A stretch of DNA of 64,000 bases. It comes from the human T2T-CHM13v2.0 reference genome, Homo sapiens. The notes below the pieces were generated by a model. That model made no database searches, was not told the origin of the DNA, and was given only the letters and a program-made list of their open reading frames with translations. Positions 39,745-52,174 of the stretch are shown in pieces. The position numbers and the translations under genes are program-made. Where the stretch lies: NCBI RefSeq assembly GCF_009914755.1, contig NC_060925.1; one strand, 5' to 3'. Position 1 is the first letter of the stretch. Every line of letters starts with the position of its first letter.

Positions 39745-40260
39745 CCTTTCAGATTATAAAACTGCTGTATTCTCACTGTAAAAACAAAACAGAGTTGACA
39801 AATAAAGATGGAGAAAAGTGTAACAATCACCTGTAATTCTGCCATTTATTCTAGTGTTTTTTATTTTTCCCTCCTACTCTGTACTTGTTTATATAATTGA
39901 GATAATCAATCTTTTATTTCACTTCTTTTTCTACATTGATCATATACATTTTCTCACATTATAAAAACCCATTATAAACATAACTTTAGCAATTGCAGAA
40001 TACTGTATCAAAAAACTGCACAATGAGTTATTTAGCCATCCCCCTTGTTAGACTCCTGGGCTGTTTCCGTTTTTCTCACTCCTCTTAATATAACTCATTG
40101 TATGTACTTCTGGTCTGCAGAATTTTGGATTCTTTTCTGAGTTTCAGAATGGACCAGTGGGTCCAAGAATATGAACATAAGAAGAGATGTGCCAATTTAT
40201 CCTTATACCCATAATTATGAGAAAGACTATTTCACTGCATCTTAGAACTTGACAGTTGCA
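39745..40260 (-). mobile_element. Old L1ME-type 3' relic
   Basis: Degenerate L1ME-like motifs (aatcacctgtaattctgcca; tttagccatccccct...ggctgtttcc); the boundaries are approximate. Confidence 0.4.
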
Positions 40261-40507
40261 AACCTTAAATTTCTAGTTTCCATGTAAACATGTTGCCCAC
40301 AAATAATTCAAAGGCACACTTCTCCTCACCCAGGCCTGAATTCTCACCAACATTGATTTGGTGGAGTCCAGTTTTACTCCTGCCTCCACTACCTTCCCAG
40401 GGAATGTTTAGGGGCAATGGTATCCAACTGGCCCTCAGAGGAAGTTTGAGGGATAAAGTTCTCCTATCAAGTCAAAATGTTCTTTTTTTCTAACATTTAT
40501 CTCTTAT

Positions 40508-40547
40508 AAAAAGAAAGAAAGAGAGAGAGAAAGAAAGAAAGAAAGAA

Positions 40548-40615
<68 letters not shown>

Positions 40616-40639
40616 GAAAGAAAGAAAGAAAGAAAGAAG
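40508..40639 (+). repeat. (GAAA)n tetranucleotide STR, ~130 bp pure purine
   Basis: Directly visible. Confidence 0.95.
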
Positions 40640-43600
40640 CAGTGAAGGGAGAAATTAACAATAAACTTTCAAGTGTGATAAAGTAATTTTCAGATTTAAA
40701 ACTACTCTATCAGAATAACATTCAGGATCTTTTCATGAATGAACATGTAGCTATATGAGGCTATATGAATTGTCCATGAGTATAATTTATCACGGCCAGT
40801 TATATATGCATTGAGGTGCTAAGAACCATTTTATTTCACTTATTATCTTCACCTTCAGAATGACTTAATTTTTTGAATTGCACAATTAGAAGAGCCATTG
40901 ACCTTACACAATTTCTCTTAAAAAGAACAAGACTTCTACACAGATTTTTCTAGACACAAACTCCCTCTACTCCCTTTTACTCCTCCCCTCTTCCTCACCC
41001 TGGTTATGTTAAGAAAACAAGTGTTAATTTTCAAAATAAAATATATTTCTATGTAGATTTCTGAAGAATTTAATCTGAGTGTGCATAAAACTTAATTTCA
41101 GAGATGTGACCTAATGCTTTAGATCATGATACATATGTGGAATAGCACATTGCTGTTTACAAGTAAACCTCAAGAGTTTGCTGCGACTGAGCCACTAGCC
41201 AGGCATTTTATAAATATACAATACTAATGTTTACATGAATTGTGCCATTGGCTATTGTTTATGCATTTAATTGGAAAGATAAGTCTGGCTTAATCAGTTT
41301 GTGGGCAGTTTTTCAAATGATTCATTAATTATGAGAAAGACTGTTCTTTGTATGGAAGATGAAGATAATGTATTTCCCATCACAACTGGTTCCCATCCCA
41401 ACAAGTATCCAGAGATTATTATTAGGCATTTTAGTTATTTTATCCACATTAAACCTTCAGAGTTCAGAGGGTCTTAGGGAGCAGAATGGGAAGAAATTGT
41501 TTTCCAATCGATTTTCTTTTTATTAGAGCTGATACTTTTGCAGGAAAGCTGAGCTTGCCCACAAAATTGTATTTTTATTAAAATGCAAACATTTGTCTTT
41601 TTCAAATCTGACTTAAACAAAGAAAGCTTATTGAAAGTACGGTACTGTATTTATTTACTGGCCATTTTGGAAAGGAGAACCGAATTGTGGGGGATGAAGG
41701 AAACGTTCCCTCATCTTTATAATGTGCTGAATGATCAAGCTGTCCCTCAGCTATGGAGAGTTTGTTGTAAAAGTCAGTTAAAACCAAATACCCAGGGGTC
41801 TTACCAGAACTGCATCAGGATGGACACACCAGGAAATCATCTTAGGCCCAAAATGAAGCTCTAAAGAAACACTGTAAAATGTAAAGGAGGCCAGTATTTA
41901 TTTAGGAGGGGAAATGGGTGTGATGTGTCTGGGGAAGAAGATTAAAACTTGGATTTCCGTGAATTTGAGAATGATGCCTATGAGAAATTAAATTTTGATT
42001 ATGCTTTTCATATCCGTGCTGGCCCTGCTATTTTAAGTATTAATGCCTCTTGTTCTCTCCAGTGGCTGCTGATTTTTTAAAAGCCCTGACTACCACCACT
42101 GAGAATACTTTTGGCATGCCTGGTGTTCATCTCCAGAGCAGAAGTTGCTGTTTGAAAGAAGGGATGCCTCACGCTTACCTCATTGTTACAAATATAAGTT
42201 CCTTTTAGATTATAAAGCGCTATATTCTCATTGTAGAAACAAAACAAAGAGTTGACAAATAAACAAGTCATTTGTTTAGGATGTAGGCATTTATACCAGG
42301 AAAAGGACAGTCAGTTCAGTATCAAAACAGGTAGGATTAGTCTGAGTGTATACGATTTATATGCTTTTGCTGAGGAGGGGGTGTCATTTGAGAAACTCTG
42401 AAGGAGACTGCTTAAAACAAAGGGATATACAATTGATTTTAATGAATTATTTGTTTGCCTGCCCTCCTCTGCCATCCTCCCAGCTTCAACCCTCTACAGG
42501 GAGGGACCAGATTATTTTTGTTTTCCCACCTTCTAGAAGAATGCCTTGGCTTATAATTGCATTCAATAAACTTGTGTTGAATTGAATACACTTGTTTTAA
42601 GGATATGCTGAGAATTTATTACCACATAACTTCCCAGAGTAAATAGGTCTTTCAGGTTATTTGTGCCTCTGCCCAAAGGTATTATTAAGCTGTCAGCATG
42701 TGTTTCTTGGATGGAATTAAATATTTTTTTCTAGAGTTTTCTAGTTACCTTCTGGCAGAAGCTACAGAAACATGGTATGAATGGTTTTGGGAAACATGAG
42801 TGCAGTCTTTAGCCACAGTCCCCTAGTCCAGTGGTCTTTGTGAGTCATCACCTGTAATTTGGTTGGAAGGGTGGTATTTCCAAGTTCCCTTTTCCTAGAG
42901 TTATCAGATCATCAGTCTCAGCTCCTCCCCTTGGGTCCCATTAATAACATATGTCTCCTTCACAGTTGAATCATAACCAGGAAAGTGTTGCATTTCAAAA
43001 AAAAATATTAACCTGAAGGGACTTGAGCGAATTAAAGCCTCTTGAAAAGAAGGACGGGAGAGAATAGATTTTATGAGCTGATCTAAGACACTTTAAAGAA
43101 ATATGAAATTGGGGAATTGTAACGACATTTTTAGTATCTTTTAAGGAGCAAGAAGAGAAGTGAGGAATTTTACAAAAAAAAATAATGTCTGTCTTCAGGA
43201 ACACAGAGCCTGCTGTGTAATTTTCTAACTTTGGGAATTTGTTTTTCAGGCTTGGAAAGGTGGGTGAGATGCAGTAGTCTGGGCTATTGCATCCACCAGA
43301 GTCTAACATACTACATGTCAGAATTTTACAAGGGTTAAGTGGGAAATTCCTACAAAGAGAATTAGGACTTTTATTTTTGTTCTCATTAATAATTTAAATC
43401 TATTTCTTTAATGGTTCAATTCAGTGACTGCCCTTGGTAAACATTATTCTTCATGCACCTGAGAGAGCTTGTTCTATTACATAAGGGTTAGCTTTATACA
43501 TATATTTTCAAAAATCCTTCCAACATGGTAAAAGAAAACACCTTTACATACTCATTAAAATATTTAATAAAATACATGCATGAGTCTCAGGTGTACACAC

Positions 43601-44386
43601 CTGAGACATGTTTGCAATCAGTACATTCCTTTAACATCTTTCTCGTTTCTGGGAATACTGACTTTTAAAGGTAGCTGAAAGTAGAGGATAAGGGTATTTG
43701 TAAAAGAAACATCATGTTCTGTGACCTTCTTTGGTTCTTTCCTCTTGATCCTTTCGCATGAATTGTGCAGTGAGGCTATATCTCCGCCAGAAAACCAGGA
43801 GTTAAGGACTGCCAAAAGTATGGTGACAGGTGTACAAGAACCCTGCACTGGGCTCTTAGATGATGAATGTCAGTACTGAGTTCTGTATCAGGTCAGATTC
43901 CTGTAATGTAAAGTTGTAACCTTTGATTTGCCTCATGAAGTAAATCCTGAAAGTAGGTGTAGGTTAACCAGATTAAAATATCTAAATGCAAAACAATAAC
44001 GTGGGGTCGTATGTAGGTAAAGTGGAGGGGATAGGGTAAGACAGGGTTCTAAACCTTGCTATTAAGAAGTAAAAGAGTGTTAGTCTACACTGAAGTATTC
44101 CAAAAATGTCACAGGCTTGAATGGGAAGGAACAGTTTGTGGACTTTCCATCTTTATTTTTATACTACCATTTTTAGGGAAAATATTAGGACAAGGACACA
44201 ATATGGTGTGGTTGGCAGGATGGTAAGAAGACTATGGTAGCAACAATGATTCTCCTCCACTGTGAGGAGGGGGATCAATCCTGTAACTCTAGCCTGATTG
44301 CCCCAAACTTGAGAAAATTAAAGCTTTGTGAAGAGTGGAGGATGGAAGGAGGTGTAAGAAAGTCATGAGCTAATGGAATAAATATT

Positions 44387-44512
44387 AACTACTCAGGAGG
44401 TTGAGGTGGGAGGATCACTTGAGCCCAGGAGTTCAAGTCCAGCTGGGGCAACATAGAGAGACCCAGTCAAAAAAAAGGGAAGGAAGGAAGGAAGGAAGGC
44501 AGGAAGGAAGGA
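44387..44512 (+). mobile_element. Alu monomer fragment (FLAM-like) followed by (GGAA)n
   Basis: ctactcaggaggttgaggtgggaggatcacttgagcccaggagttcaag...A tail. Confidence 0.8.
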
Positions 44513-45420
44513 AAAAAAGTTTTAAGGGAGCTTTAAATACATTTTTAGTACATCCGTACACTTTTAGATTTTAGAATAGTCTTGCTTAATATACTTCAAA
44601 GATTTTCCTAGTCACAAGACATGCTGCTGTCTCTTCTCTGACATGTGGACCCTTCATCAATAAATATTTATTTGATTAGTAAATTAATGAATTCTGAGAG
44701 CAAGAAATCATATGAAAAGAGTGGTTTGGGAAGGAAGGAAAGGTTTTACTTTTGATTATATTGCTAATCAGCTTTTCTTGTCTAACTCTTAACCTAGTTT
44801 CTTAGGTATTGGTTTTTATCTTTCTCCTTGTTCTCTTCTAATAATATTAGCATCAGTCACCACTAGCATCTGTGGAGGGATTACCATGCCAGGAATAGTG
44901 CTGAGTGCTCCATGTACATTATCTCACTGAGTCCTTTTTATACCAGTAAGAGCAAAGGCTGCCCTGAACCACCAGGTTCTATTCTTTTCCTTTTGACTCA
45001 TTAAATAGGGCTGAGATAAAAGTGTGGAGGGGCCGAGTGAAGATGATTGACACTATATGCTGCCAACATGCTTAATTAACAGTTCTCAGCCACCTTGGTG
45101 TGAGGTAGGTAGAGGGCAGAGGGTAGGTCAGTGGAAGGGCTGGGGTAAGGCCGTATTCTAAACTTTCCTATCAAGAAGTGAAAGAGTGCTAGTCTACACA
45201 GAGGTGCTCCAAAAATGCTGCAGGTTCGAATGGGAAGGAACAATTTGGGAACTTTCAATCTGGAGATAATAGATTGGCTTTAGTGAACATAAAATGCTGT
45301 TTGAGTGTACATTTTTCTGAGGATATAGGGCCAAGGCATTCAATAGGTTTTCTGAGGATATAGGGCCAAAGCATTCAATAGTAGACTCATGCCAGCCAAA
45401 GCTTTAACCCTCCTGCTTGA

Positions 45421-45741
<321 letters not shown>

Positions 45742-45757
45742 TAAAATCTGCATTTGA

Positions 45758-45985
45758 CATAGAGATGGAAAGTAGAATGGTAGTTGCCAGGAGCTGGGGA
45801 AAGTAGGGGAATGAGGAGGTATTGTTTAATGGGTATAGAGTTTCAGACTTACAAGATGACAAGAATTCTGCTGGTGGCTGCAAAGCAATATGAAGGTACT
45901 TAATGCCACTGAACTGTATACTTTAAAACTATTTAGTTGGCAAATTTTGCTATGTGTATTTTACCACAATTTTAAAAATTGAAAA
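45758..45985 (+). mobile_element. 5'-truncated L1MB-type 3' end with 15-bp TSD
   Basis: aaagtagaatggtagttgccagg...gtttaatgggtatagagtttcag...aatgccactgaactgta...ttttaccacaat. TSD aaaatctgcatttga at 45743-45757 and 45986-46000. Confidence 0.85.
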
Positions 45986-48900
45986 AAAATCTGCATTTGA
46001 AAGAATATTTAAGTGTATGCCTGGCATATAATAGGTGCTCAGTAGGTGACTGGTTGCTTACCTGTCCTGTTCTTTTGTTATCTGTAAAATGGGGATGATA
46101 TTAGTACTTTATTGGCTTGTACTTCACAGGGTTGTTTGAGAGATCCAGTAAGCTAATGGACATGTAAGGACTTTCATTCATTCTACAGTCCTTTATCTGG
46201 GACCTACCGATTGTTAGGCTTTATTCTACATTCAGGAGATGCTGTAATAAACAAAACAGATGTGATCTCTGTGCTGTGGACCTCACAGTTCAGGTCATGA
46301 ATTTTAATGAACTGTAAAGTGCTATACTCAGAAAAGTATGGAGGTAGACATGTCTCCACAAGTCTGTTGAAGTACATTCTGGTCCTCCACTTTAAAATTA
46401 CAGGGTTGGGCTTCATGGACCCTAATGTTCTCTGGTATCTGTTGAATTCAAGAAGGGTCTGCTCTTTGTCTTTGTTATCTCTGTATCCCCAGAGTTCAGC
46501 ACAGATCTCGGCTCCATCTCTGTTTATCTAACATACCCAGATCTAGCCATAGTGGAAGTAAACCCTTTTTAAATGTGCGTATGACCTGACATATCCAGGA
46601 ACTAGTGTTACAGGTAACTTGGGTAGATAAAAGGAGCCTGGATTGTGTTGAGAGAGGTGCCAGAAGGGAACAGAGGGGTGGCTTTTTAGTTTCCAAGAGC
46701 AGGAGGCTGGCTGAGCCTCTGCTCCTTACCTCCCCTCTGCAGATATAAACGACCCTGGTGATGATCCGGCAGCTGCACGTCTGAAGCCTTCCCTCTTGCT
46801 TTTGTTGTATATTTTGCAGAAAAGAGTGGTGGGAGGGGTGAGGTTAATGCATTGAGTGTGAGTAATTAGTCATTCAAACCATCGACATTTACGATGACAG
46901 GATTTGAGTGCCTACGTTATTGTGCACCGCTCTAATAGTTTATCCCTGAAATTTTCTGCCTGTATAATGTTTCTTAAAATATATCACAGAAACATAAAAG
47001 ATTTAATGTAGTGCTTTGTACATCCATTAGAGTTCGAAGTCAACTGAACCTCCTCAATGATCTATCCTGGATGCTGACTGTAATTCTGTTCTTAATTGCT
47101 ATTCAAATGAGGAAAGGAGGGCAAGTCAGGGGCTTGGAACCTGGTCAGCTGCAAAGTTGGCTGTGAGACCCACACAGAATGTTTCATTAAAGTACATATG
47201 CACACTTGAGTAACTGATATATTTATTTGCAATGAAAATTGTGCTGTTAGAATATCAAAGGCGTTAGCCTGAGGAAGCAAGTGTTCTGATTTTGCCCAGC
47301 CAGCCTCTGTACTTACTGGAGGATGTGCTTTCTACCAACACACATCTTTTCTACTCCTGTTCTGTCCCTCTGTTTCCCAAGCAGAGAGAACAGGTGTCCT
47401 GTCTTTGAGGTCTATCATGTAACCTTAAAATGCTGTAGTTTCATATTCGTGCATTTAATATCTTTACATCTTGGCAACTTCTCTTATTTTCCAGGTAATG
47501 TTTTAAAATCCTCTTGTTTCATTCACATGTCAGATTTGATTCTGATGTTTTACATTTCTGATTTTTTTTTTCAGCCTGTGTTGCATCCTAAGATGCATCA
47601 TTAAGACCTGTGAGGGGTCTTATTATAGGATGTATATTAACACATTTGCAAATGTTTCTCAGCTTTCAGACAGCACACTTTTATTGAGAAAACTCTCTTT
47701 GTATGTGTCCATTTGTGTGTTTTCATCAGTTCCTTCTGGATACACAAAAGAATAACTGTGTAGTGTAGATGCAGAGCAAAGAGAGCTCCATCTACATTGG
47801 ATGAGAATGACTTGACCTAATTTATAGATGTGGTCAGCTAAAGTAGCTCAGTAGTGAGCATTGTATCTCATGGCTCCTTTTAGAAGCTAGTTGGGACCAG
47901 TTGGGCTGTCTAATCTACAGACAGGACTCACCTCCTGGAGTCAACATAGATTAGGAAATCCACATAGAATGCAAGGAAGGCCACAAAGCTGATGCGGGGA
48001 CTGAAATTACTTTGCTGCAGCCTTGTTACTTCACAGGCCTTCCTGGAGGAGGTGGACCTGTGAGATGTTCACATGGACAAGTGCTGGCTTTCACCACGTG
48101 TCTGAAAACGAAAGATGAACCTGACTATCAGGTGACCTTTATGAGTTTTGGTCCCACAGAATCTCAACATGAAATTCTTCCACATACTCCATCACTAGCA
48201 CCAAATAAGCTGCCTTGGTGTGGGATATTTTCTAGGTGTTTGTTGGGGAGCTGAAAGAAGGGTAACCTGAAAAAGGTAGAAAACAGAGAAGAGTTTCTAA
48301 AGATTGTGGGCCTGGGGGGTTTTTGCCATTAAATCGAATGTAGTAGTCCGGCCTCCTGAATGGATAAATTCTGATTTTCATGTTCATTATCGAGTTGGCA
48401 GTGCTTCTTATGTTTGTTGCCTGGACACCTGACTCAGTGAAGCAGTGAGACAACACAGCAAATGGAGGCACTGCAAAGACCCAGAAGGCCCCACAGCTTG
48501 GCAGAGCTGAAACCTGCCTCCTAGCCAGGAGTTGTGCTGATGCTCTGTAATGCCATCCCTTTAGCATGCCTCCTTCCCTGGGGACCATCTCCCTGATTCT
48601 TTTCCTGGACCCTTGCCTCGAAGGCAAAGTGGCTGAATAGGCTTTGCTGGGTACAACTTCTATCAGTCCTGAGGGGAGCTTGATTTAAGATTCTTCTCAG
48701 AAGCTTTTTGCTTTCTCCTTGCTGTCTGGACCAGCCTTCTAGAATCCTAAAGTTGACCTGAAGCCAAGAAGAAAATTCTGGTGATGGGAGAAGTGGAGCC
48801 ACTTAAATTACTTACATGATGGTAAAGAATCTTAGATGCTCCCCATCTTTCTTAGTCTGCTTTATTTCCTTGGCTCCTCTTGAGCCATGTTTTCCTTTTT

Positions 48901-49158
48901 GTTTCATTTATCATTTGTGACCATCAGAAGATGAAAGAATTAGAATAACACTCACCTACGTGGGGCATGATGAGGAATAATAGTTATGATGCCTCTGGGC
49001 CCTTTGTATTTTAGACATTTAATGTACATTATCTCTCATCCTGAAGATAACCCTGCGTGGCAAGCTTTTTATTCCAGTTTTGCTGAAGAGGAAGCTGAGG
49101 CTCAGAGTATTGAAGTAACCTGCCTCAGATCACACAGCTAATAAGTGGTAAAACTAAG

Positions 49159-49496
<338 letters not shown>

Positions 49497-49579
49497 TGAC
49501 TCAAACACTCATTCCATTTTTACTATACCACTCTGCTTCAGATGAGAAAATAAACAAAAACAAAAACAAAAAATAGTCT

Positions 49580-50240
49580 CTGAACATTGATGAGGATGTG
49601 GAGCAACTGGAACTTTCATACTCTGCTGGTGGGAATATAAATGGATACAGCCACTTTGAAATACTGTTGGCAGTATCTACTGAAGCTAAATATACATACA
49701 CCCTATGATCCCAAAAACAGAATCCTAGGACTATCCCCAATAGAAATATGTACATTTTTGTACCAAAATGTTGTACATAACGCTCATAGCAGCATTATCT
49801 ATAGTAGTTCAAAATTAGAAACAATCCAAATGTTCATCAACAGATAAATAAAATGTAATATTTCCACACAATGGAAATTGCTATAGCAGTGGGAAGAACA
49901 ATGCATTGTTACATGTAACAGAGCAGATGACACTCCATACATGTGTGAAAAGGCACAAAAGAGTATGTGTTGTATGAGTCCATGTATATAAAGGTAAAAA
50001 AATAGGTAAAACAAATCTGTGGACTAGAATTCAGAATAGTGGTTACCTTTGAGGGGTGAGGTAAATGACAGGGATGGAGAACCTGAGAAAGGCATTTGGG
50101 GTGCCAGTCATGTTCTGTATTGTGATCTGAAAGGTAATTACCCAGTTGTGAATTGTGTTCACTTTGTAAACATTCTTTGTGTTGTACCCTTAAGATTTAT
50201 ACACTTTATTACATGTATGTTATAGTAAATGAAAATGCTT
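49580..50240 (+). mobile_element. L1M (MD/ME-type) 3' region
   Basis: gaggatgtggagcaactggaactttcatac...gctggtgggaat; tagtggttacctttg; acactttattacatgtatgtta. Confidence 0.8.
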
Positions 50241-51919
50241 CCCCCCTAAATCCTCTGAGCAGGCAAATGGTAATAATAATGGAAGCTACTAGTTATCAGA
50301 TGTCTGCTATGCCTTGGTTTCCTCATCTATAAGACATAGAGAATATTAGAATATGCTTCATTGCCTTCTTGTGAGGAGACAGTGAGAGAAGTCACATTGG
50401 ATGATTGGCAGAGTAACTAATAAACATCAGTGATTGTGGTTATGTGCCCACCACTGTTCTGGTGCTTTACATAAGTCATATCACTGGATCGGTTCTTACC
50501 GCTTTGCCATACGGTGGCATTGTTCCCATTTTTCAAATGAGGAAAATGAAGACTGTTAGGATTTAAGTCCCTTGCCAAGGTCACACAGCTAGTAAGTGGC
50601 AGAGTATGATTTCATTTCCAAGGAGTTGATGATCAGTTTCTGAGGAGATGGAAGCCATTTTATGATGGACAAATAGAGGACGGTGTAAGACAAAATGGAA
50701 AGTTGCGAATTATGGGCTGCGTTTGGGGCCAGGAAATCCGGGTGCAGGCCTGGACTTTGCCCCCATTTTTCTATGATAACAGAGAAGTAACTGGACATCT
50801 CTGGGCTTCATCTCGAATGTGAGTGTTGAGCTAGATTTTGTTCCCTTATGTGCCTTCTGGCTCTGCAATTTTGCAATTCTCCATGTTTGTCATTCCATAC
50901 AGGGCATCTTCATGACCTGACTTCATGAGCTTAAACTCATTTTTCATATAAAACCCTATTCCAGCATTTTCTCAGAACTGTCCCTAAATCTCCCTATCCT
51001 ATAAGCAGAAGTAATTGCTTCTGTATTGCATGATCACTGCCCTATACCAGCTGTTTACCTGTCTGTGTCCTCTATAGACTATAAGCTCCCTGAGGATAGG
51101 GATTCATTCATTTCTTTATTCTCATACGTGCTACCTGGAACATTCACACCAGCCAGAAATCTTTGTTTAATTAAATATTTTAATCAAGAGAAAGTCCTTT
51201 TTGAGTAATATGTGAGTGGACAGCCTCAGGCGGTGCTGGACCTAACGTGGAGACCTAGAGAAAAGTTTGCCTCCATGTTTTTTGTTTTATTAGAGGTCTG
51301 GGAGAAACAATAACAGAATGGCTAGATTAAAAAAAAAAAGACATTAGATGACTTTGCAGCTCCCTAGAATGTACCTGTAAAATCTAAAATTTGATCAGTG
51401 ATTAAGCATCAGTGAAAATTTAAACCCTTCCCATATTGAACAACCCCACTTAATTTAATGTCATTTTATTTTATGAGATAGTTAATAAACAGGTACTGTA
51501 TTTGATCTTGTGAGTGTAGTCCTCTATATTTAGCTTTTTCAGCTTTAATGGAACTATAATTTTAATCATGATTATTACTTTACATTTTAATTATAATTTG
51601 GTGTGGCTTAAGTATACATTTCTGAGAGTGATTGTGTAATGAAAACAGGAATTAGCTTTTCATTAACAAAATAATGGGAGAGTTCCTACTGCATTCTAGT
51701 CTGTGTTCAAAATCTATGGGCTGGCCTAAAAATAGAAAGAGGAGTTTAACATTTTGGTTAAAAACATGCTTCTAAATTGGCTGTGTTCACAACCCAGTCT
51801 CTTGCTCCATCTTGCTTTATCTTCTTCTCTTTCTTTTCAAAAAAATTAATAAACTTTTAAAAGAGACTTTGTGTCTGAGATTTCAAAAGGCTTTTTCAAT
51901 TGTTTTTATTTTTATTTAG

Positions 51920-52174
<255 letters not shown>

